Assembly (NCBI GenBank): GCA_043228905.1
Contig: JBHGNT010000005.1
Span: 23,622,001-23,686,000 of the forward strand
DNA: 64,000 bases
Origin: Azolla caroliniana
Lineage: Eukaryota; Plantae; Polypodiophyta
Direction: 5' to 3'
This document shows positions 34,065-48,664 of this stretch, in pieces (the first letter of the stretch is position 1; each line of letters begins with the position of its first letter). The notes under the pieces are model-generated. The model was not told the origin of the DNA, did not search any database, and saw only the letters and a program-made list of their open reading frames with translations. A program made the position numbers and the translations under genes.

Positions 34065-37000
34065 GAATCAGAATTGAGTATATGGGCAGAGGGAAATGGC
34101 TGCCGTTCAGTTGGACAAGCAGGCTTTCGGAAGGGGTTCACAACTTTGGATCACATATTCACCCTCCGGGCCCTTATTGAGGAGGGCAGAGCCCATAATA
34201 AGAGGATTTATTGGTGCTTGGTGGATTTCTGAAGAGCCTTTGGCACTGTGCCACGGCTTATGCAGCGGCTAGAAGCCCTTGGCATTCCTACAAATTTGCA
34301 ATGGGGAATCTACGCCAATTTCATCAGGCAATCCAGTGCACTATTTGCTTGAACTTGGGGCATTCCGCGGTGGAGTGCAATATGCGAATCCACTGCCCAA
34401 TCTGCCACTCGAAGGTTCACACAGTTGACCAATGCGAGTACAATATGTTAAATAGAGCCACGCCCGCGGTCTGCAGCATGGACACACAGCGGCAACCACA
34501 TCGGGTGGAACAAAGGAGGCAAGAAGACCGACCCCGGTATAAGGATCGCAACCCGCGGGAGGACGGGTACAACCGAAATCGCCGGAATCACAACGAGTCC
34601 GAGGAGGAGGACCCGGAGGACGAGGATTATCGTGGACATTCGAGTTACGCCAAAGGAGGTCGGCGATACGAACATCAACACCCGATGAACAAACGGGGCG
34701 GCTTCAATGGCTATCGAGGTAAGCCTCGACAATATAGGGATCACCGGCGTTACGACGAAAGCTCGGGGGATGAGCAGCACCAGGAACAACGACGGGATCA
34801 ATAGCAGCCACCACGTACGTCCCGACAAACGAGGCTGGACCGCGAAGAGCAAGTAGCGCCAGGAGAACGACACACTCTACCTAGGGCTGAGAAGGGAGAA
34901 TCAAGCATCCACTGTTTTATTTGTCAGCAACCCGGACATTATGCCACACAATGCCCAACACGCAAGGGAAAGGGACCCGCCGTCAACACGATTACGACGG
35001 AGGTGCAACAAATCACGACACGCCAGCAAACGAAAATGGCGGATTGGGCTGCGCAGGACGAGGTACAACGACAAGCCCAAGCCTGAGTGGAAAAAGCAAA
35101 CACGACCAATACAGAACGTATGAGGCAGGAGTTCGCGAATGCAATGAAGCGAACAGAGAACGAAAAACCGGGGCTGGACCCCATTTGGCAGGTGTTAACG
35201 GGCTGTGAAATCACGCTAACTATGGAAAAACTGCTACAGCTAGTTCCACGTTTCCGCCAGACCATGGAAGCACAGGTGGCGGGCATGACCGGGGCGAGCG
35301 TTGCCACAAACCTGACTGACATCAGCGAGGGACCACCAGTGGTAGATCAACACAACCCGGCCATTACAGTAATATTGCACGGACAGGAAGTCCCTGGATG
35401 CGTAATCGACGGCGGCTCAGGCGTCAATGTGATTAGCGTGAAAACTTGTGAACAGTTGGGCATTTCCGAATGGGAGGTGTGTCCATTCTGGCTTCGCATG
35501 GCAGATACCCGATCAGTGCGGCCATTGGGCTAATTCACAAAATAGGCATCATCGTGGGCGTGCATTCTATGAATCCGTATCAGGAAAAGTGTGGTCTTCC
35601 AAGGGTTTGTCAGAGGCGGTGGCTAGCACAATTGGAGCGAAGCAAGGATGCCCACTATCACCCACTCTCTTCGGTCTCTATATAGATGAGGTATCACATT
35701 ACGTAGAGAGATTCGGGGGTTCCGGAGCACGCCTAGCAGGTATAGCTATACAAATATTACTATATGCTGATGACATTGTGCTGATCTTTGACTCTCCGGA
35801 GGGACTAGAAAGACATCGAACACATCCTGTACGGACAAAGGTTTGTCAATCAACATGGATAAAACTAAAGTGATGATGTTTAACACCATTCAAGCATGGG
35901 TAACAAGATCAGAACCGGAATTCTTCTTGGGAAAGGAAAAGGTGGAATACACACGCTCTTACACATACCTAGGAGTAACATTTACAAGGCTTAGGTTCTC
36001 CTTACAGGAGGCTGCTTGTGCCCGACTTTCTCGTGGATATGCAACCCTTGGTGCTCTCGAGAGACAATGCGCACATTTGCAGTTCCAAGATCCACGAACT
36101 AAGTTGTGGTTATTTGATACACTTGTCACACCAACTCTTCTCTATGGAGTAGAAACATGGGGACCAAGTCTTAACAAGGCAAATCATTGGAAAGATTTAG
36201 AGAGGCCTTTAGTGTCAATGATTGTTCGCATGATAAGGAGCAAAGCATTGGTGCCCCACGATATAATCCGGGCAGAGATGGGAGCAGCACCTATAATAAC
36301 CGAGGCATTGTTCCGATCCGTGACATTTATCCAACGTCTTTGGGAGCTCCCTAAACGAAGGTACCCAAGGTTGGCACTTATGTCATCAAGACAATTGGCT
36401 GAAAATGGAGACACTCATTGTTGGTATGCTGAAATGCAGCAATGGTTTGAGTCACATGGCATGAGTATAAATGCACTACCCCTGTTCCAATTTAGCTTGG
36501 ACTGTCCCCATCTAAATATGACCAAAGTGGAAAAGAATAGAGTGATCCGAACTGATATTATTAAATTGGAAAACAAGATAACATGGATCAGCCCAGTGGA
36601 AAAGAATAGAGTGATCCAAACTGATATTATTAACTTGGAAAACAAGATAACATGGATCAGCCCCAAAATATCACTTGGTACAAAGATTGCCCACTATAAG
36701 ACACTTCTTACACACATCGGAGGATGGATTCATCATCAGGCCACCTTATATGGAAACACATCTATCCTATACGTTGCGTAGTGTGATAGGGCAGCTGCAA
36801 GCTTCATCACATCAGTTACCTCTAGAAGAGAGAATTTGCCAATTGTGTCATCAAGGACTGGAATCCGAAGAACACTATGTTTGTCATTGTAATGTCTTTT
36901 ATGAAATCAGAGAGAGATACCATTGCCTCTTTAAATAAGGCTTTGGCCCACTACGCAAGGTAATGGAATATGAGGACCAACGATGCCTAGGACTTCTCTT

Positions 37001-37541
37001 GCTAGAGCTCAAGAGACATCTGGAAAGTTGTTGACGAATACAGCCACACAAGCTCAACCACAAAGAACAATCACAACTTTCTTTAGCCCCATCACTCTTA
37101 CTAATGCTACAAGTCAATCACGGGATACACAAATGGGCTCCCGACTAGGACATAACGAAGGGGTTACAATTGATCGGGCAATAGCAATTTGCCGTGCACG
37201 TAGGGCCCAGCCCCATGGACCACGACCTCGACACCCTTGTCATCGACAAATAAAAGCCATTATCTCCCACCATCGTAGGTGCTTCCCTCGCTTCAGAGAC
37301 ATTTCCATTCGACCTATGCTAGAGATCTTTTGAAGACAAAAGCTACAATATATCTAACTTGAGAATCTCACATGTGCCGAAAACCAGATTGCCGCGTCTC
37401 TTTTATCTTTATCTTATATACTTTTATATTTACGGAGTATTATTTACTTCTTCTTCTTTTTTTGTTCTCAAAGACGAGACAACACTTAAGATGTAATCTC
37501 TTGCTTGGTCTTATAGGCCATTTTGGCCTCTTAATAGACGT

Positions 37542-37587
<46 letters not shown>

Positions 37588-40500
37588 GCTTCTTATTTGG
37601 AATCATCTTCTACCATTTATCCACTGGTATCATCTTCTACCATTTATCCACTAGACAATTTGATGAATCATCCAATAAGGTAAAACAAGATGTAACACAT
37701 TTTGGGTGTTCATTTCATGAATGCTTTCTCATTTCAACAACCCAATAGATTTTATAAATCATTCATTGGCGGAGCAATTGAATTGCTAGCTCATTTTGTA
37801 CCCTCTCAGCATGTGTGATCAATACTGTCTGTCATATTTCATTTCACACCCCCTTAATACTGAGTTGTGAAATACTTAACCGAATAAAAACATGGGAAAG
37901 ATAGCTTACTTGCAAGATTGGTGATCAAGTTGGAACTTTTAGATGCCAAAGCTTTTAAATTACTCCCACCAGCCTGCAGTAATAGGCTCTTTATATATTG
38001 CTTTTGCTCTTTTGCACTAGATGTGGTAGATAATGCATTTTCAAATGCTGTTAGAACTTCTCCGGTGATGGAAGGAGATAGCTGTAGAATCTGCAAATTT
38101 AGCTCAGCAAAATGAATATTCTCAATAAAATTCAGAACACATAAATAGAAGAAAATCGAAGCTTAACATACCTGTCGTGGAGCTGCATTCTGTTGTGCCA
38201 TCAGCAAATATATGATTCGGAAAAGATTAATTAATTCAGCTTGTGCTGATGCATTTGAGCCAATAGTAAGTGCCTCAATTACTGTTGTGAATAAATCTCT
38301 TGCAACAAAGTTTTGAAGTAGCACGTTCCCTGAGATTGCAGCAACAGTCACCACAACACCACAGAACACTAATGCCTTGTGTACTGCTTCAGAATCTGGC
38401 CATTTCAGAGCTTGAATGCATATTGACAAGGATCCTTTGGCTATGATGTCGTGTTGCATAACCAATCTGTAAAATTACTCAAGTATTAAAACTAATCAAT
38501 GTGCAGTCTACAAAAATTTTAGATGCTCATACTATGAAAAATCAAGACTTGTTAATAGATACTGGTTTAGCGATGACAATTCATTGCATTACATCCAAAC
38601 ATGACTTTATAAAGCTCAAACTATGATGTCAATCTAGAGCTCTATTTCAAAGAAAAGGTGGCAAAAGAGAATTGGTGTTAGCATAAGCATATACCAATCT
38701 GATCTCTAAATGGGGCCAACTGGGACCAGCCAATCATACCATTAAGAAGTCCTCAAATGGTGAATACATCCCTGCTGTACATCCATTATTACTCTATGGA
38801 TTTCTACATCCATTAGGAGGGAAAGAAGCCTTCAAATAGTTGATGAAAACTTTCTGATCACCTCTACATTACCCAGCATTATTAATAGCATATATCCAAT
38901 CTGATCCCTACATGGGGCCAACTGGAACCAGCCAATCATGCCATTAAGAAGTCCTCAAATGGTGAATACATCCCTGCTGTACATCCATTATTACTCTATG
39001 GATTTCTACATCCATTAGGAGGGAAAGAAGCCCTCAAATAGCTGACAAAACTTTCTGATCACCTCTACGTTACCCAGTATTATTAATAGCATATATCCAA
39101 CACCTACTTGAAACCCAAATAGAAAATATATCCAAAACCCATGTGAAAACCTGAAAAGAAAAATACTGAGTATACAATTAATTGTTACAATGCTCTATAG
39201 GAAAGGGTCCTGAATACAAAGACATACTATTCAACCTCAGAATAGCATAGTTCTAACTTCTAAATAACAACACCACATTATTAATTTCAGGAAAACATAC
39301 CTCATCATACAATCTGCCCCAAATAAATTAGAGACGTCCAATTTGGACGGTTCTGTTCGAGACTGCAATAACTGCTCCACTGATGGCAAGCTTGGATTTA
39401 GAGCTGGAGATGCTAGTGCTGCTAATAAAGCACATGTCTCTCGTGATAAATCCCGAAGCAATTTCTCCTGTAGTACTTCTGCCTTGATACCAAGACCTTC
39501 GCTAATTGAAGCACTTTCTGAAAGCTTCAGCTCTCCATTCTTAATCACAGCCATCCATGATGATGATAATGCTGAATCACAAAATAGTAAAGGACTTGGT
39601 AGAAGTTTCCCAAGCCATAACTCTCTCAGATGGCAGGGACATGACTTTACAAGAGGAATTACTATGAAATGCAGTAATAAGCGGACATGTCTGAATTCCA
39701 TAGCTTCCAAATTTTCAAACAATGACATGGACACAACATCACAATCATGCCCAAAAAATATATCTGTGAAGTGCACTGCAGCTAGACCAATAATACTGTA
39801 GCTGCAATGGCGACAAAAACTAGATTAACAGACATGGAATAACAAGGAAAATATACAATCTACACTGAAAAGGAAATTGGAATTCGCGACAATACTGGAG
39901 ATTATATATAAATGAAGCGCAAGCATAAAATTTATATGTAGTAGCAGTGACACATGCAATCCACTGCATCTTCTATAAGCATTGGAAAATATCTCAACAT
40001 GCAACATCCACATCGTAAACCGTGGAATTTATTGACTTGCATTATCATTCCACCCAGGAATAACAAATCGCTAAACAGGCAATGATCTATGCCTCCTTTA
40101 AATTAACAAATCCCTAAATCTCAATTCAGCATATATACACATTTCTTTCCATCTTCACTTTTCTTTGCTGAAGAGTACTTAAACTTATCAAAATGTACAT
40201 AAACAGAAAATTCAACTTGAAGGATCTAAACTCAACAACTAGTTTCCCATAATTTGTCCATAACTAATGCAGCTGGCTTATCTGATATGTGATGTTTTAT
40301 GCATCACATAGCTTAAATTTCTGGTTATAATTCAGTTTTTCTGTTAGAGAAACCATAAGAATGTGTGTACCTGCTGTCCCTGATGCCTTTGAGCCAATTG
40401 CGTATCTCATTTTCCTTTCCACCTGTTTGACTAGATGTTTGCACATCTAAATCACTCATCATACGGTTACCTCCTCTTAAAGCTCGAGATCCCGTTTCAC

Positions 40501-43500
40501 CAATAATTGACGACTGTTCAGCAATGCTCATTAATAAAGAAGCTTGCACTGCAGTGGGCAAGGTAGTTTTCCATTCGGGAGCCCAAAATGCATGTATACA
40601 GCGTAATAACTGTCAAATGTATATGAATAACTCACATGTATACCATGGTTAACTGACAGACATACAAAAAATCAGGAAGAATGATACCTGTAAAATAGGT
40701 GTAATGATCCATTTCATATGTTTAACCAAGGGATGTACAGGTTCTGTCACAAATTGACTGGAATCTGAATGTTGAAATGCCCATCTCTTAACAACTCGTT
40801 CAGTGAATGTAACTGAATGATAGATTGCCCATAATTCTTCATTCTGAGAATCATCAACCATCTGCCTCATAAAGAGAGTGACCAGATCCTCAGGGCGCAT
40901 TAAGTACCGTTCTTGCCATGTATTCTGACTCCATCTTTCTATTAATGGATTGAGAAAACAATCAAAAGCCTTTGATTCACAGTCCCTCCTGTATTACACA
41001 TGCATTTACTATATTTTCAATAGCATATAGGGTAAAATAATATAGGAGTATGCATTATCCTTAGAAAATATGCATTTAGAATTCAACGAAATCTTCATGA
41101 AATACAAGAATAACACCTTGAAATTCCATAGAAAGGAAAAATTACCCTGCAGCTGAACCAGCCACCAAAAATGCTTCAGCAATTAAGTTGAACTCGCCTT
41201 GCTGAAGAAGATGTTGCTCTTGCAGGGCAGATATAGTTTTCCAGATAACCTATAAGCAGAACAGAATAGGATTGTTTTGCAGAATAGTCATCTTTGCAAA
41301 GAAACTGCGGTATGTTTACTTTAGCAACAAGCGTTATGAAGAATGTTAGAACAATCTAATAATGGTATAAGATAATCTCCAAACTGTAAAATAACTTGCA
41401 AAGATGCGTCCTTTCCAGGAAGAATGTTTTGGTTTACGATTTTAGTTTTGCCAGCATTGAACCAAGAACAAAAGGCAATCATAGCATACTTCCTTAAAGA
41501 TTGTTGTAGTTCATTCCTTAAATAGCACACAACATAATTAATCCTTAGGCTGTTAAATAGTTTTCACCGTTTCCGAAAATTATATTTTATTTCAAAACAA
41601 TTGCATTTTTGTAACCAGTGAAACACAATTGCAAGCAGCATCCAATCATGGACAATGAAGATGCGTGTGGATAGGAAGGAAAAGATAGAAAGCAGCATAT
41701 GATGCCCCAATACTTCTTTTTATTGGCTATAGAAAGAGCTTATTGGCCAAGTTGAGAAGTAAATTGGCATTTACTTAATCAGTACTTCAAACTGAAACCG
41801 GCAAAATTAATCCAAAATAATATGGACATATAAACAAGTATATTATTTCCATAATATTTGCCTGTGTAACACCCTAGAGAGTAGAAACAAAACCAAGACG
41901 TCCTCATGTTATAAAATCCAGATAATGTCTATACTCTCATTCTCGCACAGTGCCACTAACCTCTAAATGGGCAGAAACTGTTTTATCAGCGGCCTTAGCA
42001 ATCCTGAGAAAAGATGTACAAATTTGAAGCCTTGAACGTGAGTTCTCAATCAATGAAGGGTCATTCGTAATTCCCTGCATTGAGTTACTGCCATCAGTAT
42101 CATGTTCAAGTCATAAAGAATGGCAATATTGTAACATATCATACTTGATCTAGATACCTTTAAAGACATGGGTAGGCTTGTAAGTAATTCAAAGATCTTA
42201 TTCAAGACACTCAGGGTTGCACTAGGTGAAGTTCTTAAAAACGGAGCCATCGCATCCAAGAGTCGTCCATGAATCTCAACGAATGCGGCACCATTCCATT
42301 TAGCCAGCAAAAGCGTGCCTAGGATACCTGTAAATAAAATCGAGATTAAAACTGCAGGTTCAATAGCATAATCTGTGGATGTACGTCTTCTTTGCTATCT
42401 TTGTACCTTCAAGGTGAGGCTGCAGTGAAGGAAGTGTTTTACATAAGATGGGATCCTCTGCATCAAAAATTGAATGAACAATGACATCCAACAGTTTCTG
42501 TGAGCAATCTAGAACTGCCAGTGCCTGTAAGAGCCAATACAAATCAATTCAGAAAATATTTTATATTCCAATCAGTTCAAGCATCACCTCTACAATCATA
42601 GACGAATGACACATTCAAAAACTTCTGTTCTACCATCTCTGGGTTTAATGAACTTCTGCATGCCTCCTTTACTTGTTGAGATATTTTGGTAGCAGCCAAA
42701 CCAGGGCATCTTTCTGCAACCAGACGAACTAAACCCAACTGCAATACATGGCCATTCTACTTCAACATGATAGCCTAAACTTAGGGGTCTGAAAATTGCA
42801 TTCAGCAAACCCCACATAATGTTACTTAAAAAGTTATATCAAGATTTACCAATCGACCACGGTAATTGCCATAGTCTTTTGCATCAGAGAGCTCATCATC
42901 GCTCTTTATTAAGGATTCATCAAGCTGCACCTTGGAACTTTTTTGGAAAAACAAGTTAAAGGTAGAATCCAGAAGACATGTATACACTTCGTTTGAGATA
43001 AGAATGCTTGGACCCTTCTTATCCTTGATAACTGGTGCCATCACTCCAAGCTTCTCACCTATTAACTCACTTCTGAAATCATACCCAAGATCTAATGGTA
43101 TTTCTCTCACCAATGCCTGCATCACAAACACATCTCTGCTCTGGGTATGTGATATAACATAATCTCCACCGAAGGGTTATTATGATCTGAGCACTTACCA
43201 ACCAAAACAATAATGCAGGGAAATTGATGCCAATCTTGGACTGTTGGTAAAGCCCAAGCATCTGGAATTACAAACAACACATTATCAATTTCTAGGGCAG
43301 TTATAGAACAGGCAGGACTGAAAAGACATCAAGTACATGCATGACCTCTACAAACATAAGTTTGTATCAGACATTAATATCATAATATCATGTGAGCATG
43401 ATACGAACCATTAATCATCAAAATACTGATCACACATCTTTGTAAACTCCATTTTGGTCTTCCACTGCTAATTAAATAAGCAGCCCTTAGACAGACCACC

Positions 43501-46500
43501 CATTAAATACATAAGCACCCCTCAGAATAATCATGATCTAACTAACCATACATCACACATCTGACCTGAGGTTTAACTCTTTAACCCATTATGCATTAAA
43601 TTTGGAAAATCAACTTCAGTCTGCATCATATCGATTGAAATACCCTTAATGCACTAATTTGAAAAACCTTAGTTCATTAAGAGTGTCTAAAACAAAAGAA
43701 ACGAGATACACCAATATTACCTGCTGAAGGTAAATGGTGAGATGATTCTGAAATCCAATAAAACACTGCAAGTTCTGTGATCCAAGAGCAGCCAGTGCTT
43801 CAGATAAACACTCTGAAAATTCAGAATCATCAATGCCGACAGATGGACTAGTTTGGATTGTTCTAGATGCATCACAGAGAACTTCCAGTATACGGCACAG
43901 AGCAGTGTCATACACCAATACGCCTTCATCTGTTGGTCTTCTTCTGTAGCATGAAATGAATAAAATTTCTTCGTAAATAGGTCTTTGTCAAAAGGAATAT
44001 CCAGGAAAATACCACTTGCACTGAAGCCCTCATAATTGACAATGGAAAGAATTAAAATCTATATATTGCATATAATTTGCTGCTACATCCAGAGATTTCT
44101 GTATGGACCTTGATGCAATTTGCTTCATAATCTCACAAGACCTTTGACGGAATTCCGCAGCCTTCAGCAAGAATCCGCAACTGTGAACAGGACAACATCC
44201 TAACATCAAAGTTGCAACCCTTGAATACTCTTACATTATTGTAATTCCTCATTATCAGAGGTTGGAAATGTCACTTACGCCTCTATTAGTCCACATTCAG
44301 CTATCTTATCAACAGGTGCCCATTCTACATATGCCAAAAGTGCACTCAGTGTTGCATTAACAACAGCTGCATGCTGCTTTGCTATCTCCAGGTGATTTTG
44401 TTGCAGTGATTTTACAGCTTCACCAAAATGAAACTCTAGCATCTATATGATAAGCATTACAGGCAGTTATCACTAAAAAGTTAGAATATTTAGTAGAAAG
44501 GTTCAGTTTTTAAAAGATATAGATACTGGGGAGTAATTGAGAGGTGAAATGTATCTCACATAACACATACTTGGAATTGTTCATAAAACACGTTTTTTCC
44601 CTAAAATATTTGTAACGAAAAAGATATATAATCATCTTTCTTGCTTTTTCTGTGGTAGATTTCATTATCAAGATTTTATCCTTTCTCAATTGCTCCTAAA
44701 CGTCCCGTTCCTGATATTTTAAGAAATAATATGGATGTTTTCTCTTCATATATGTTACCTTAAACAACAAAGGAAATATTTGCAGCAAAGCCTGTGTCAA
44801 ACTATGAAGTAACTGCCTACGCCTATCTCCTGCAATCCATTATATTTTGCAATCCGACAGTCACATATGTGGAAAAGCTTGCAACTTATGAGTAAATGCA
44901 TAGCAGAAAATGGATAAGACCTTCCAAATCCTCATTATAAACAGTTATATCTTCAGGAAGCCACCGCAAAACTGTTACAACCAACTCAGCCTGCCATTGC
45001 CGTGATGTTAGCATAGATAAGAAAACACTAACACAATACTACGGCAAATGCAGAGCAATGAAGCAGACATACATATGCAGGGCCCATTCCTGCCAACTCT
45101 GTAAACTTCATAAGAAAACCTTGCCACAAGGATGTATCTTCATGTCGAACAACCTGCAAGTAAAATAGCAATACTTCTTGCGTCATTGAGCATCAACTAG
45201 ATATGCTGTGTCTGAAAATATCAAAATCCAAACCTCAGCCACTAATGCAGCAGTTTGGCTCTTCAGAAACCACTCATCCTGAGATGCTGCAATTTCAGGC
45301 AGCATACCTAACACCAACTCAGCTATTTGTGCCCTTGTCTGAATTGCTAGTTCATCCCATCGAATACGCACTAAATACTGTGACAAGACATACGTTACGA
45401 TGCACACAGGAAAGCATATAATAGCTTGCATATTACAAGTACATTATTTATGAAAACAAGTAAACGATAACGATAGTCCATGAGTAGCAACACTGTTATA
45501 ACACCACATTGGCAACAGAGAAATTTGACTTTCAGTAACTTATAATAGTTCATGCTACATCTTATTGTATTTATTTCCTAGTTCTCCAGAACCTGTCACT
45601 TTTTAAATTAATTTATTTTCTACCCCTTCAAAATCTGGACTTTTCAATCAATTTCCAGGCACATATACAAGGATCAAGTTCCATACTTTCACAAAACATT
45701 GTTCCAAATTTATGATTAGTAGCATCAGGTAGCCTTGTATCTACATGCAAAACTCAAATGCAAAAACTTGTATCTAGGTGCTTAAGTAAAGAAAATAGGA
45801 TTCTTAGAACTCTTCACAATTAAAATAATCCATATTATTTCTCCTGAACATATCATCCCATATGAGTATTTTCGTTGCACAGCTAAATTCTAGCTTGTTT
45901 TCGCATTTGGGACACAAGACATATGTCTTCAACCCTGACTAAGATGTTCTTACAGGTAGCCTTTCAACTGATATTCAGTCTTCGTTTTCCTGGATCATGT
46001 TAGCCCTGATTCAGGATTCATATACTCTAAGAATCAAAGGTTTTACCAACGAAAAAAACAATTCATCAACCATAAAAAATTTCACATGATCTAATTTTGA
46101 CCAATCAAAAGATCATGAGGAACTTGTTTCTGCAGAATATGAGGGAGAAAATCAACATATTATTTTATATGTATAAGAAAATAACAAGCTATGCTTTCTT
46201 GCTTCTAAAACTACCTAGATACGGGAGAGTTATTGATTTCTTTGACATTGACATTGGAATTGAATGGAAGGACGAAGAAGCAGTTGTGAATATTGATCAA
46301 AATTGACGCTCTTGATTACATGAAACTTAGGATTAAACACATAATCAAGAAAAACAACACACAACACATGAATTTAGAGCAAAAACGTAATCTACTTAAT
46401 AGCCATAATTAGGAGAAATTGTGAGCTAATTCATTTGGATTAATTTAGCTCCTAGGTGAAGCTGCTAATTAGCATACCAAGCTTTTAATCGGAAGCACAA

Positions 46501-48664
46501 TTAGAAAATAAGCTTCTAAGTCTCCCGATTATAACATGCTATTTCTAGTTAGATTTATAATCAGACAATTAAGCTCCTTATTTCTGATTGGGGCAAGCTC
46601 ACTTTCAACTTAATGAGCAATTAGTAATTTAACATTGTAACTAGTAAACACAATTTCCTAATTTTTGTAAATTAATCTTAACATCACATAATTTCTTTAA
46701 CGTATAATTTTGTGCTTAATTTCTATATTAATGTAATTGGGAATTATATTTGACCAAGAATACATATATCGATTTGAAAATAAGCATCTTTGCATTTTTT
46801 ATACATAGCATATTATGGTAATTTCCCCGATATAAGAAAGGCAAAGCCATATATAATTTATCTTGAAAAATTTCATGCCTTATCTAGGAAAATAACAGCT
46901 AGCTAAGTTTGTGGTTTATAAGAGCATGTATCCCAACTGTACAAAAGGATTTTTTATCTTACTTGTAGTAGTTTCAAACCATAATGCCGCACATCAGAAG
47001 ACAAGGAGCTTTGCTTTACCAATGCAGATGCAGTGGCACCAAGGACATGGACATCTCCAGTTTTGAGCTACAACAAAAGAAAAAACTTTCAGAACTGTCC
47101 TAATCACATTTAATCGTAATATATCTTCAACAATAATATCTCTACTATCATGATGTCTTTCAAGTCATTCAATAGCCAGACAATAATAGGCCACTTTAAA
47201 TTATCATTTCACTTTCAAGACACAAAAGCCTATAATAAATTTCTGTTCCAAATAATGACATTTAAAATCCTCAGAATAAATGGCCAAACTTCCGACATTT
47301 GGTGTTTCTTCTATTTAGAAAGAAAGAAATCCATATTTAATATCTTTGAAGGGGACAAAAGGACCTATAACACCAAATAAGAGGTTAGAGTAATTAAAAT
47401 GTGCTTAAAGAAAAGTTTCATAATGGATGTATGAAAGCAGAATCCAGTGTAGCATTTCAATCAAATTGCTTTCAACACTAAGTGAACTGAAAAATATGCA
47501 AATGCATCAAAACTATGCAAGAGGATTTTGAGTAGAGACGGCTTGAAAGTCAGGCTAGCAAGCTCAGTAATTGCATATATTCAGGGAAATGATCGACCAA
47601 ATCTGGTTTTTCACAATGGATGAATTAAGATTTGTTTAAATTTTTGAAATTATTTCAACAGATATATCACTAGAAAGACTTAAGTTTGCACGGTTCAGCA
47701 GGTCTATCTATTTGCAGAAATGATAGATCAAAGTGAGCTTTTCAAAATGGATTAACTGAAAGTAAAATCCTGCTCTCATTCCTTACCCCATTTTGAAAAG
47801 ACATGAGTGAATGTGCATAAAAACAGTGGAAAGCTTTAAAAGCTTTGGCACAGGTATGTCAGTAGAAAGAGTTGATCTTCCAACTTTGCACATTTCAGCC
47901 ATTTCAAGTATTTAGGGAAATCAAAGTGAGATTTTCTGTGTTGAATGAACTGAATGGAACAAAATTTCATAATAATTGTGCAAAACTTATAATGATAAGA
48001 AGCAATCAGACTTTGACAGTCTGGTATTTCATCTATTCAGGAAAATCAAGTGTGATCTTTTTCAAAATGGATGAACCAAAAAGGAATAGAAATGCATAAA
48101 AATTGAACAAACCTTTAAAAGATTTCCATAATTTTATAGCTCAGAGTTGCACAGGTTAGCCATTTCATGTGTCTGAGATGAATGAAAATGCATAACAACG
48201 GTGCAAAACATTAAAAGCATTTAAACAGATAAATGACTAGAAACAAGCAGACTTCCAACAGTTCAGCATTTAATGCGCTCAGACAAATCAAGATGACCTT
48301 TTCCACAGTGGATGAACTGGAAAAAGAATTCAGATACATAAAAACCGTTTAAATGAATCACATGTACCAGTAGAGACCATCAGACTTCTACAGTTCAGCA
48401 TTTCGTCTATTATATGAAATCAATATTGAGGTTACAGACGAGTTTCACCATTGATGAACATAAAATAACAGAATGCGCCAATCGATTATACATAAAACCG
48501 ACATAAAAGTTCAAAAGCAATGGAAGAAACCATAAACAACAGTAGGAAGCACATACCGATTCAAGGAAGGAAGTCGCTGCACATCTGGACTCTTGAGAGG
48601 ATTGAAAATCAAGCGCAGCAAGAACTGCTCGAGCTGCAGTTTCGACCTGAGAGCTTTCAGCCAT
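33524..48664 (-). CDS. HST1: HASTY (exportin-5 orthologue), multi-exon
   Basis: Exon 1 48557-48664 (MAESSQVETAARAVLAALD), exon 2 46963-47067 (KTGDV..VRHYGLKLLQ). Later exons give LVRIRWDEL, WFLKSQTAALVAE, LRWLPEDITVYNEDLE, YGNYRGRL, EIRNWLKGIRDS, MEFRHVRLL and SAKEQKQYIKSLL. Last exon 33524-33606 ends ..IGLAALIG*. Some internal exon boundaries were not resolved. Confidence 0.93.
34316..35561 (+). mobile_element. LTR-less Gypsy gag-protease fragment embedded in LINE RT
   Basis: Three CCHC knuckles (CTICLNLGHSAVEC, CPICHSKVHTVDQC, CFICQQPGHYATQC) and protease VIDGGSGVN. The LINE frame WGIYA|FYESVSG rejoins across it. Confidence 0.85.
36527..36664. repeat. 69-bp in-frame tandem duplication in LINE ORF2
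   Basis: VEKNRVI(R/Q)TDII(K/N)LENKITWISP occurs twice. Confidence 0.9.
38692..39100. repeat. ~200-bp tandem duplication in a HASTY intron
   Basis: ccaatctgatc..tggggccaactgg..attaatagcatatatccaa occurs twice. Confidence 0.9.

Larger units (their letters stand above)
34063..37545 (+). mobile_element. 5'-truncated LINE (RT + CCHC) in the last HASTY intron, flanked by (CT)n
   Basis: GQAGFRKGFTTLDHI, KQGCPLSPTLF, LLYADD, RICQLC..EEHYVCHC; (CT)n at 34024-34062 and 37546-37580. Same family as 24070-27520. Confidence 0.92.
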
